From Cyanophora paradoxa CCMP329 (Eukaryota > Plantae > Glaucophyta), in assembly GCA_004431415.1 (NCBI GenBank), contig QPMI01000533.1:1-64000 (forward strand): 64,000 nucleotides of DNA, read 5' to 3'. Position numbers and translations under genes: made by a program. This document shows, in pieces, positions 24,601-36,409 of this stretch (its first letter is position 1; each line of letters starts with the position of its first letter). The notes beneath the pieces are model-generated. The model worked only from the letters and a program-made list of their open reading frames with translations. It did not search any database and was not told the origin of the DNA.

Positions 24601-27600
24601 GCCCTCTTGTCCGCTTAGCTAGCTTGCCTTTTAGCTCGTTTTATCTAGCTGCTCTCCGCCTCCGCCTCATCCATTTCCTTCGACGCTCTGACGTCTCCCT
24701 CCCTCCTCACCGCGCCCGCCCCACCGCCTTCAGCTAGCGCCCCGCCCCCGCCGCGCCGCCCTGATGTCTTCTGAACTTCTGCTATCTTCCTTCGTTCGCA
24801 GCTGCGGGAGGGCGTGAAGCGGAAGTTCCGCCTCGACGCCATCCCCGCCCTCGACGAGTACGGAGCCTTCGTGCTCACCATGAAGCGCACGGGGTACCTC
24901 GTCTTCCGCCGCGTCCAGGTGCGCCGGGTGGCGTACCCCCCGGGTGGAGGGGGGACGGCGCGGGACCGGGCCCGGGCCCAGCAGCTAGAGGGGCCGAGGG
25001 ATGCATAGCGGCCCGAGTTGCGGCTGCTCGAGGCGCGCCCCGCTGCTGCGGAGGGGCCAAGGGATGCGACGCAGTTGCGGCTGGTCTAGAACAACAAAAG
25101 AGAGCGCAGAGGCGAGCGGCCCGCCCCGAGCCCGGGGGCGGGGGGGGGGCGGGCGCGGGAGCGGGCCAGGGCCCAGCAGCCAGAGGGGCCGAGGGACGCA
25201 CAGCGGCCCGAATCGCGGCTGCTCGAGGCGCGCCCCGAGCCCGGCTCACGCGCGCGCGCGCGCGCGCAGGCGCTCTCTGGGGCCGTCCTCCCCTCCTCCG
25301 GCCCTCGCGCCCAGGTCCGTTTCCCCTCCCCCCCTTCGCCCCCCCCCCCTCCCCCCCCTCCTCCCTCTTGTTCCCCGTCTCTGATCCCCTCTCAGACTAT
25401 CTTGGCCGACCTCGCGAGGCGCCTGGGCGCCGTACCCTCCCCCGGCCCGCACGGGCACAGCTCCTTCCACCCCCCCTCCCGGCCCACCGCCGCCCAGGTA
25501 CCCCCCTTTCGCTTCCTCCCCCCACCTCCCTGTAACGCTGTACCCCCCCGCAGGTCTTCGCCGCCGCCCCCAACGGCCCCAGTGAGATCCTCAACGCCGC
25601 CGACGTCCTCCAGGCGAGCCCGTACCCCCCACCCCGCCCAACATCTGAAGATTAACGTACCCCCAGTTCACAACGATCAGCCGGGCCTACGCCCCGCCCA
25701 GCAGCGTGCTGTACGCCGCGCCGAGGCCGGGGGACGACCCGGCGGTCCGGCCCGCCCTCCCCGCCCCCGTCCTCATTCGGAACGGCGCCCCCATCACGGG
25801 CGCCGGCCCATCTTTCTTCGCCCCGGGCGAGGCCTCGCCCGGCGGGGCCACGCCCCGGACCAGCAACGGGGCGGGCCAGGGCCCGGGCCAAGGCTCAGGC
25901 CCCGGGCTCCACCCCGCCGCCTCCTTCTCGGCTTCCTCGGCGGGCGGGGGTACATGGGGCCCGGCCTCGGGCTCGCCCTCCCAGGCCACCCCCAGCGGCG
26001 GCCTCCGGGCCACGGGCTCCTTCGGGCGGCCCCTCGGCCGGGGCGAGGTCAACGGGCCCAAGATGTGGGCCGACCTCGTCGCCGGAAAGGCGCGTACCCC
26101 TCCCTCCCTCCCTCCCTTACTTACTCGCCCTCCCCTACCCCCTCTGAACCCTGTACCCCCCTTCCCCCCGCAGGCCTTCTTGACGCCGGACGACGTGAAC
26201 GCGCCGCTGACGACCCCGGGGCTCGAGATCGCGTGCTGGGGACACGTGCGCCGGACCGGACTGGATCGGATAGGCCTGGGCTAGGCTGGGATAGTCGGAT
26301 AGTCGGAAAAGATAGGGGGCCGCCGCTCCTATCGCCCAGGAGCCCGCCTCGCGCTACGCGTCCTCAGTGACCGCCACCCCCCTAAGGGCCTCAACCCTTA
26401 TCTCCCCAGGGCTCGCACGCTTCGATCGGATATCGATCCACGCCGAGTTCTCCCTCGCTAGGCTGGAATGCCCGCGCTCAGCGGACCTCGAAGGCGTCCT
26501 AAGATAGAAGGCCGCCGCTCCGCCCAGGAGCCCTAAGATAGAAGGCCGCCACCCCATAAGGCCCTCGACCCTTATCTCCGATCGCGTGCTGGGGACACGT
26601 GCGCTCCTCTCTTTCTCTCTCTCTTCGCCGGCTGGACCGGACCGGACCGGACCGGGTAGTCCTGGGCTAGGCTGGAATCTACGCCGCGCAGCCCCCTTCC
26701 CTTCCCCTCTCCTCGTCCCCCGCGCCCCTCTCCTCGTCCCCTACGCTTCTCCTTCTGACCCCCTTCCCCTCTCCTCGCCACCTGGCCTCCCCCCTCTGAC
26801 CTCCCCCGCCCGCCCGTGGCTAGACTACTAGATTACTGTAGGCTAGACTACTCTGTGCCCCCGCTCCCGCTCCCACTCTCTTTCCCGCCCCTTCGCCGTC
26901 CTCCTTCTCTCGCCTTCTGACCTCCTTTCAGTTCACGGCGGTGATCGCGGAGCGGGAGCCGTGCCCCGAGCTCTGGGACTCGGCCCTCCACAAGTTCAAG
27001 GCCTCCCTCGCCATCCGGCCCCAGCAGGCCCGCCGGCCCTCGCCCCGCCCATAGTGCTCGAGCCAGAAAGCCAGAAAGCTTAGAAAGAATGCTAGACCCT
27101 CGCCATCCGGCCCCTGCAGGCCCGCCGTCCCCCCGCCCCCTTGTAAAGAATGCTAGAGCCGTAGTGCGTTCCTTAGTGCTAGAGCTCGCCATAGTGCTAG
27201 AGCCTCGCCATCCGGCCCCCGCCCTGCCCCGCCCCGCCCCGCCCGGCGTCCGGGCCTAGCGTTCCATCGTGCTTAGAACCATAGCATCCCGCGTCAGAGC
27301 GTCCGCCCGCCCCGCCCTGCCGCCCCGCCCCGCCCCGCCGCCTGGGCCCCCAGAGAGCGAGCGGCGCCCCGCCCGTTCCGCCGCCCCCGCGCCCCCGTGC
27401 CTCTCGGGCCGCGTACCCCCCTGACTTCCTAACAGACGGAGGCGTCGCTGCTGCTGGCGCGGATGCTGGACGCGAAGGGGCGGCGGGAGCCCCCCGCCAT
27501 CGACATCGACGCCGTCCGCGAGAAGGCGAGCTAAGCCGTAGAAGCCTCCGAATGTATCGCATAAGAATAACGCGTCCTAAAGAAAGCAAAGCGAAGCGTC

Positions 27601-27627
27601 TCCATCCCCTACTCCTCCTTCCCTCCT

Positions 27628-27658
<31 letters not shown>

Positions 27659-29598
27659 TTCCCACCCTCCCCGCCTCTCTGAGCCCCCCCCCTTTGCGCG
27701 CAGCGGGCGGCGTGGCTGGAGGACGCCGACATGCTCTTCCGCGCCGCCGAATCCTGCCTCGCCTCCGACCCCTCGATCCGCGACAAGGTGCGCTATATTT
27801 AGCTTAGTTAGTCAAGGCGAACGGGCTGGAAGCGGCTCCCGCCGCCTGCCGCGGTGATTCCTAATGAGATAAGATAGCTAATAATAAGCTAGCAAGGTAG
27901 TTCCTGTGCGACAGGAGACCGCCTCAGCCGCCGCGGCTACGATGGCTAATTAGATGAGATAGATAGCTCGGCGGTCCCTCTCGTCAAGGCTAGAGACCGG
28001 CGCCTCGCCTGACTCCTATTCTGACGCGCGCCGTGCCCCGCCCCGCCGCGCAGGAGGCGGTGAACGCGGTCCTGCAGCGCGCCTGGGGGCTCTCCTCCAT
28101 CCAGTACGCCGCGGTCCTCATCGAGATGGAGCGGTGCGCGCGGGGCCTGTACCCCCACTCCCACCTTTGCGTACCCCCCTTTTGACGCTCTTTCTTGTTA
28201 GGTACGAGGACGCGCTGAGGAGGGCGCGCTCGGCGGCCCAGAAGTGCCCGGACAGGCGAGCGGGCCGGCGCCCGAACCCCTACCCCCCCACATCTTCATC
28301 CCCCCCCCCCTGAGAGTCCTCTCCCTTCGTTCGCAGCTCGGCGGCGTGGATGGTCTTCGCGCAGGCGAACCACAAGCAGGGTACGCCCCGCTCCCCGCGC
28401 CCCTTCTCCCCCTCTCTCATCTCAAACGGCGTACCCCTCCAGGGGCCCGCAACAAGAGCTCGACCCTCTACGGCGCCGCCATCGAGGCCTACGCCAAGGT
28501 CCGCGTTATCCCGTACCCCCCTCCGCGTTCCTCTTCGGTCCTGTACCCTTTCCGCATTCCTCCTCTTCGCGAATCGGGGGGTACGCGCGCAGGCGGCGGA
28601 CCTGAAGGATGGCAAGGACGCCACGACGGACCCGCAGGTGCGCCTAAGAATAGAATCTAAGAATAGAACGGCGGCCGGCGTCCTCGACCGCGCCGCTCCT
28701 CCCCCACGGCCCCAGTAAGAATAGAATCTAAGAATAGAACGTCGGCGGGCGCTCTGCTCCCCCCTTCCTGGGCCCTGCCCCTCTGAACGCTTCCTTTTTC
28801 GCGCCCCAGGACATCTACTTCCACTGGGGCTCCGCCCTGCTGGAGTGCGCGTGCCTGGAGACCGCCGGCGTGAAGCGCAAGCAGTTCGTCGCCCTCTGCA
28901 CATACGCCGTGCGCCCCGCCCCGCCTTGCCCCCTCTTTAGCTATGCGAGCTATGAGCTCTTAAGACAACCACCACCCGCCAGTCTGCTCCCGTCTGCCCC
29001 CGCCCCCCCCGCCGACGCCCGACGCCCCCCCGCTCCTCTCCTGACCCGCCCCGCCCGCATCTTGACGAGAGCTCGAGCTCAAGCCCTGAGCTTCAAGCCG
29101 AACACCGCTTCGCCCCCGGGCTGCGCCCTCGCGTGCCGCCCCTGTGCCGACGCCATGTACCCCCCGCAGATCCGGAAGCTGAACACAGTGCTGGAGATGA
29201 ACCCCAACCACGTCCTCGCCCGCCAGGTACCCCCCCTCCCGCCCCGTACCCCCGCCGGGGCCCCACCTCTGCAGCCGCCTTGAGCCCCAAGTTAGCGCGC
29301 GCTTCGCGGGTCCCGCCGCCTGACCGAATCCCGTACCCCAGATGCTCGCCCAAGCCAAGAGCCTCATGGCCGGCGCCTCGAACGGCGAGGTCGAGGTGAG
29401 ACGGCGTACCCCCCTTTCTTTTTTCCTCAAATTTGATCCGGGGGGGCGGCGCAGGAGGACCCGCTGGCGAAGTCGTACGGGTCGTCGGGGTCGCTGCACG
29501 CGACGCCGAGCATGCAGTCCGAGGCCTCCTCGTACTCGGCCGGCGCCACGCCGCGGAGCGGCTCGCACAAGGAGAAAAAAAAGGACAAGAAGCGATGA
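21621..29598 (+). CDS. Clu (clustered mitochondria)-domain protein with C-terminal TPR-like helices
   Basis: Clu-type motifs AMKAALQELRGL, FPLMAAFDLRGLRVVA, LWGSVDGG, LNLKG, GLDGRFYMLGLSRLFPPE, LRPELV, LHEQGICVRHLG, EMIARCIK; TPR-like LYGAAIEAYAK and VLEMNPNH; ends KKKDKKR*. Confidence 0.8.
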
Positions 29599-30080
29599 CG
29601 GGCCAGGCTAGCTAGCGAGTTATAATTAGCTCCAGGCAGGGCTCGCTTAGCCGCAGCTGCGAGGCGGCGCGGCCCGAGTCGCGTGTTTCTTTTTCTCCTA
29701 TCATTCGTACATGCAGTCAGTTTTTACTACGACGCCCGTCACACATACGCTATAGCCGCCTCTAGTTCTTTGCATTTTCTTGAGTTTATGTCATGCGCAT
29801 TCTCTATTCTGATCGCACGCTGGCAAAAAGAGAGAACGCGACTTCGAGGGCTCAGTATACGTACCGCACTAAACTGAGCCCTCGAGGCCTCGGGCTCAGA
29901 TCCAGCTGATCATGACTCATGATCAGTGATCATGAGCGCTAGCGCCGACTGCGCGCGCACGCGCGTGCGCGTAAGCGTCCGCCCGGCCGGCGCCGTGACG
30001 TCGACGTGTAGCTCGAGCGCAGTCGACGTCGACAATTGCAATTGCTAGTTCTGCGGCGGCGCTGACGCTTGCTGTAGCGT

Positions 30081-30975
30081 TTGCCAGGTGGCGCCGCAGA
30101 GGGGTACGGCTTCTCAGTTACGAAGCAGGTCCGTCCCTTCAAAACGCTCTGCCGTGTGGCACCCCGCTGCCCGTCGCCGCTCCGCCTTGACCCAGACGTG
30201 CTTGTCATCGAGCAGTTCCTCAGCCAGCCTTCTCGAATACAGCCAGCCACCTCAGCAAGACAAAAAGCATGACGCGGGTGCGTCCCTGTCGTCCCCCTGC
30301 TTCCCCGCCCTTCCTAGATCGTTGCTTTTCTCGTTCTTATCATCTGGCACTCGCTGCCGGCCGCCCCGAGTTCAAAAATACGTTTCCCCCGATCCATAGG
30401 GACTTCCGCCCTTGAGACGCGGCGATCGAAGCGTACGGCCTGTGATCTCACTTCTGACACGCGCACTACTTGCAGAGCGGAGCCCACTACGCCGGAGCCA
30501 CTTCCACAGGCTTGTGCGCTGACCATTTTCGAATCGCACACCTGCAGCTGCCGCACAGCTGACCTTCGCTTGCGTAGCAACCCGATCAACGGTGCCGCGG
30601 ACATCGCCGCTGGCTCTCCGAAGGCGGAGGCCCAGGCCGCGCCGCCTCCTCCGGCAGCGCCCCCAGTCTCCCGCGGAAAGAAGGCGGAGCGTGAAATTGC
30701 GGGCAAGATCGGGTCGAGCGCACCTCCCCCGCCTGCCAGCTCAGCCGCCCCTGCGGCCCCCGCACGCGCCGCTCCTGTTGACCCGTCCGGCGCGACGAAC
30801 CCCGTGACCGGTCCGTGCGATTCATACGTAAACGCACGGCCGAAGCGCTAACTTTCGATCTCGCGCAGGGGAGCCTGTCGCTACGCGCGAGTCCCTCGGC
30901 GGCCACGGGCGCAAGACGCGGCTCACGAACGATGCGAACGCGTCTGGCTTCAACATCTTGACGGGCACCGCGTAG
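30081..30975 (+). pseudogene. 3' portion of a spliced gene with NP(I/V)xG/NILTG motifs; no convincing start
   Basis: Last exons NPINGAADI..TNPVT|GEPVATRESLGGHGRKTRL..FNILTGTA* are phase-compatible. Upstream sequence is palindromic filler. Confidence 0.45.
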
Positions 30976-31305
30976 ACGCGAGCCACGCGTACACCTGCTC
31001 GCTCATTGACCCGCTTTTTGATAGCTTGTTGCAGTTCTCGCCTCTGCAGTTCTGTGTACATAGTATATACGTAGCCCACGTCGTACGAGTGTACAGCCTC
31101 GAGCTCCTCCCCTTTCTTGGACATGTACATGTGCTTGAAATTTTACGACAGAACCCAACCTTGAAAGAACGCTGCATTCTAAGGGACACGTTGATGTAAA
31201 GCTCTACTACTAGGCCAGACTGGATGTAGATCTAGATCTAGATCTCGGCATGCGCAGCTGAGGCAGCGCTGCAGCTGGCTGAGCTGTGCGTCTGATCTGA
31301 TCTGA

Positions 31306-32949
31306 TCAGGCTGTCTCGGCGCCCTGGCCGGCGCCCTGGCCCCAAGCCTCCAGAAACCTGTCGTGAAGCCCCTGAAGGTGCGGCAGGCTCGAGCTCGAGG
31401 CGGCCCTCAGGCGCTCGCCCTCCTGGAGGGCCTTCTCCCGAAGCGCGCGCGCTTCCGGGAGCTCCGGCGCTGCCTCGACGACGCTGCAGGGCCGGGCCGC
31501 GTCAGCTTGAGATTTGGCAAGGAGGGGCACGTGTACGAACGCGGAGCAGTCGTCGGCGAAGCCTAGGAGGCAAGCCGCGAATGCGTTGGGGTGCAAGACG
31601 CGTTCAATCAGGACGCCGATCAGCACTCCGAAGTGACCTGCTTGCAAATGGCGCCTCGGCATGGGGCGGCCATGGGACGGCGGGCGTCGCGGCGGGGTAC
31701 GCACGGCCCAAGTCCTCCGCCGCGCGCGGGAGAAGGGATTTCACACGCGCCGCGAACGCAGCGCCGTGCTCTGCGGGGTACGCTTATTAGATGAAGCGTC
31801 CTGCGGGGGGGGGGGGGAGGGGGAGGGGGGGGGGGGGGGGGCACCAGCATGACCCCCCGTGAGCGTCTTCAGCATCAGCGCTGTCGTGTAAAGCGCGACG
31901 CAGGCTGCGAGCGACGGCGCGTTAGAGAAGCCTGAAGAGGGGTACGGCGGCGGCAGCGGCGGGGCGCACCCCGCTCCGGAGGGGTGGATAAGCATTCAGG
32001 GTGCGTCGCGAACGTGACCTCACGACCACGACCAGGCGGACGCTCGTACGGCCCTTGCCATGAGACGACAGCGCGAAGGACTGAGAGCACGAAGTCCAAG
32101 CGCGGCCCGCTGATGAGCTCGAACGTTTCATCCTGTTCCAGCGGAGTTAATGCTACCGTGTCCAGCAGCTCACCCTGCCGATATCGAGAGATAAACCGTA
32201 CGTCACGCAACCAAAGCGAGCAGAACGCGCACGAGCATCTTGGCATCGGGGGGCAAGGCTTGCCACGCGTCCAGCGCAGCGTCCAAGACGCCCGCGGCGA
32301 TCTTCTTGCGATCGGCATGGAAGATGCGGTGCTTCACGTGCGGATCTACATTCGACGCCATAATGCAGTGCAGGAGCTGCGCGGCGGATCGCGGTGAGCG
32401 CGCAGCAACGCCGGGAGCGGGAACTTGGACCGACCTGGCCGGCCTGTGCTCGAACCAAGCGGCCCACCCACTCCGCTTGAGATTGTTCCGCGAGCACTTG
32501 GGCACACGTGATGTGGTGCTCGCCCGAAACGAGCGCTGTGAGCGCCTCGAAGCCTCCGGAGCGCGAGAGCTGGCGCAGGACGTCGGACTCCGACGCGAGT
32601 GCGACGAAAGGCATCGACGCACCTGAAAAAGTGCATCCCTGCTCGTGCAGTTGCCGAGGAAGATCGCGAGCGCGCTGTTCACGGCGAGCGGCTTCGCCTC
32701 CGGCGACTGCAGGACGTAGATAAGCTCCTTCATTCCGAACTCATGATCCGCCCCTTGCTGTCGTGCGGATGGTGAGCGGCGAACAGCCCAGCGCACCAGG
32801 CGAACGCGCACCTCGAACCAAGGTGGAGGATGCAAGCTGAAGAAGTTCGCGAGGATCATACCAATAACGGGTCCGCCAGGTTGGCCATGTTCGTCTTCGC
32901 TGGCCGGCCGCGGCGCCTCGCTCCGCGGGCTGGCTCCAGGCGCGACCAT
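31306..32949 (-). CDS. Hypothetical helical (ARM-like) protein, possibly 5'-truncated
   Basis: Leu-rich spliced peptides GMKELIYVLQSPEAKPLAVNSALAIFLGNC, VLRQLSRSGGFEALTALV, LDFVLSVLRAVV, ..LHDRFLEAWGQGAGQGAETA*. The frame runs upstream into a patchwork of copied fragments. Confidence 0.5.
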
Positions 32950-32964
32950 GGCGGCAAGCAATAT

Positions 32965-33092
32965 GTGTACCCCTTTCGCCGACCCACACTGTCTTCGAAT
33001 TCGAGGCTCCGTGCATGTCACGAGGTAGTGGATATGGAGGACGACGAGGAAGAGGCGCCGGCCGCGGCCGCGGCCGCCTGATCCCCGCGCCG
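32965..33092. repeat. Patchwork of two locally copied fragments
   Basis: 32965-33017 is a direct copy of 36342-36393; 33021-33092 is an inverted copy of 33395-33466. Confidence 0.85.
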
Positions 33093-33405
33093 CCCTTCGC
33101 CGACACAGTTTCACCAAATTAATTGAACTAGCTTCGAATTCGGCATGCGCACGTATACGTACGCGCACGTATACGCGTACGCGTGAGCCCCCTTCAGCTT
33201 ACCGGCCAGCACGTCAGCTAGCGTCACCGCGCTGGCATCAACTGGGCGCTGGCATCATTGATACTGGCACCCAGCGGCAAATTAATACCATGATCAATTG
33301 CAAAGCTTGAAAAATCGCGGGGGGAGAAATTGGCGAAGCCGGCGGCAGATCAGGGGGAGGGAAAAATAACCAGGGGGAGGGATTGAGGGATTGCCGGCGC
33401 GGGGA

Positions 33406-36056
33406 TCAGGCGGCCGCGGCCGCGGCCGGCGCCTCGTCCTCGTCGTCCTCCATATCCACCACCTCGCCCTCGACGTCGTCGTACCCGTCGTCGTCCTCCT
33501 CCCCCCCGCTCTCGCTCTCGCTCGCGCTCCCGTCCGTGACGGTCTCCACGTCTGCCTGATCCTCCTCCTCCTCGTCCTCCTCCTCCTCGTCCTCTCCGTC
33601 GTTGACGTCAACGAGCAGGCGCACGCGGGGAAACAGAAGCTGTGCGCCGGAACGAGGTCAGGTCAGGTCGCGTGCGGTTGCGAGCTCAAGCTCAAGCTTC
33701 AGGGCACCTGCAGGGCGGCCCGGTCGTCCGGGTAGCTGTGCGCGTCCCCTTCCCCCTTCAGCACGAGGTCGAAGGCCGCCGCCTCTGTCTGCGAGGTGCG
33801 AGTGAGCGAGAGAGGCGGGGGCGTAGTGCCGATCTCGCTCGCGCGCGGCGCACCCGCTCGTCGAGGCCGCGGGCCGCGAGGAGCTGGTTGGCGTCAGGCA
33901 GGGGGGACCACGAGACCAATTTCCGGAGGGAAGGGACTTCGGTCGCCAGCCGCTGCGCGCTCGCGTTAGAACGCGGAAGGTAAGGACGTGTATGAGTTGC
34001 ATGGGGCTCGCCATCAGGACCCCGTGCTCGAGTGGAATGAGCGGCGAGGTCGAAGAGCGAAGCTCCACCCGGCGAAGCGAAGTCCACCTGGCAAATCCAT
34101 TCGAAAGAAATTCGAATGCAGAGAGACGAAGAACGGGATGGCGAGCGTACCCCCCGAGGCTCTTCTCCGCCAGCGTCCAGAAGGCGTCTGAAGGGAGGCG
34201 GAGCTCGAGAGCCTGCGTGAGCACCGGAAGCGTCGGCAAGAGGGGGGGAGGGGGGGGAGGAGAGAGGGGGGGGGCAGGAGGGCAGGGGGGGGGGGGAAGA
34301 AAGAAGAAGGGGGACCCTCCCGCCCTTCTCTCTACCCCCCTCCCCTAGGGAAGGGGGGGAGGAGGGGAGCAGGTGTACGTACCTCGAGGGACGGGAGCGC
34401 GAAGAGGTGCTCGGAAAGGTTGGCATGCCCCTGCGCGTCAGGTGAGCCTCAGGTGAGCCTGAGCTAAGGCGTCGGGGGCGGGCGCGCTCAGGCAGGCAGG
34501 CAGGCGGGCAGGCACCTGGCGAAGGCGGAGAGACTTCAGGGTTGAGGCGCGCGAAGCGAGGGGCGCCGCGACCGCTTCGGCGTGGAGCTTGAGGCTCAGC
34601 GCCTTTCGTTCAGATCAGATGAGATGAGATCAGATCAGACGGAGACGACCACGGGGGGGGGGGGGAAAGGGGGGAGTAGAGGGCGCACGGACAGCTTCGG
34701 CATCTGCCTGAGGAAGTCGATCGACACGAACTCGCAGCCGACGTCGAGCGCTGCCAGCGCCACACGGTGATCGTCAGTGCGTGTCTAAACTAAACAAGGG
34801 CGGACAGCTTAGAAGCGATAGCAGGTAGAGGCTCACTCACCCTCCATGGCTGTGAGGCGGGCGAGGAAGCCAGACTCGTACCTGCCGCAGGCGGGCCAGA
34901 TCTTCTTCTCGGGCTGCACGCCCTCGTCGACCTCCCTCCAGAAGCCGACCCCGAGCCGCTTCAGCCCTGCCGCCACGCCATGCCACGCCACGCCTTTTCA
35001 GAAGGGCGCGAGCAAGCGAGCGAGCGAGCAAGCAAAGGGCGGGCGGCGCGCACCGGTGAGCGCCGCCACTTTGGAGAGGACGGGCGCCGCCGACTCGGAG
35101 ATGACGTCGACGAAGAGGGCCTCGAGCGAGGGGGCGAGGGCGGGGAGGTCCACCGCGACGAAGTGCTCCAGGCCCAGCGGGATGCTGCCGGGGCGAGTGA
35201 GCGAGCGTTCAGAAGCGATCGGGAGGCGGGCGGCGCGGGCGAGCGAGCGAGCGAGCAAGCGAGCGCACTTGCTGAGGTCGAGCTGGCGGAGGCCCCGGGC
35301 CTGCTGAGTGGCGGGGTCGACGGCCGGAGAGCGCCAGGCGGGGCTGGCGAGGACGGGGAGGGAGCGGCGGAAGTCGTCGTCGGCCGTGTCGAACTTCGCC
35401 GGCGATTTGACGCGGAAGGCGACGGAGCGGAGGTTGGGGAAGAGGGCGAGGTTCGCGATGGAGTTGTCCCGTCCGCCGTCCCACACCACGTCGATGTGCG
35501 TGACTTTGGGGAAGAGCTCGCCGAGGCGGGCGAGGCGCTGCGGGTACAGGTCGAAGGTCTCCACGCGCAGGCGGCGCGTCCCGAGCCGCGCGGCTGCTGA
35601 GGCTGGCCAGCTGCAGCCGTCGAGCACCCGTTCCTGCCTGCAGTTGGCCACCCCCAGCTGCAGCGCCACCCGCTCCCACGCGCCAGGGTCCTCGACGAGC
35701 ATCCGGAAGCGGCGGGATACGCCGCGGAGCAGCCGGAGACGCCGCGGGACGGCTTCCGGCTCATCGCGCTCACAGTCGCCGCCGCCGGCGAGCTCCGGCC
35801 AGCAGCACGGGGGACGCAGCGCCGGCAAATCGTCGGAGCGCGCAGCGAAGACCAGGATGCGCTGAACCAGCTCGTCGGGAAGGGGGCCGAACGGGGTCAA
35901 ATCCGGCCCTTCCACTGCACCCGGCGCCGGCGCCGGCGCCGGCGACGGCAACGGCGCCGACATCCCGGGCGCTACTATTGTCTCTGCCGCATCTTCCAGC
36001 TGCATCGGCGCAGGCTCCTCCACGGCTTTCGCTGCTGCTGCGTTGGCTGACTGCAT
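33406..36056 (-). CDS. F-box / LRR-like protein with acidic C-terminal tail
   Basis: F-box LPDELVQRILVF..LRGVSRRFRMLVEDPGAW; LRR-like LFPNLRSV, LRQLDLSK, LRRVELR, PSLRKL; tail EDEEEEDEEEED..AAAAAA*. Confidence 0.8.
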
Positions 36057-36409
36057 CGGCGCCTCTTCAAGGAAACTCTGGCAGCCAACCGAGCGGGCAC
36101 GCTTCGTCGAGATCGACGCATCTTCCTCGGCCGCCTCGCCACCTTCGCGCGAGCTCGAGGTCAGCGCGCAGGGAGCGCGGTGAAATTCGAATCCATCGGC
36201 GCGCACCGTGGCCCCGAGGCTGCTCAGGCTGCTCGGCCCGTGCGCGCTTGTCGGTCGGTGAGCTCATGGGAGCCCTGCACGTCTGGGCGTCTGGCCGGAC
36301 GAGTGCGATTCAAACAGCTCCACCCCCCTGCCGATCGTCCGGTGTACCCCTTTCGCCGACCCACACTACCTTGTTTTCGAGGCTCCGTGCATGCCAGCAC
36401 GCGAGGCGC

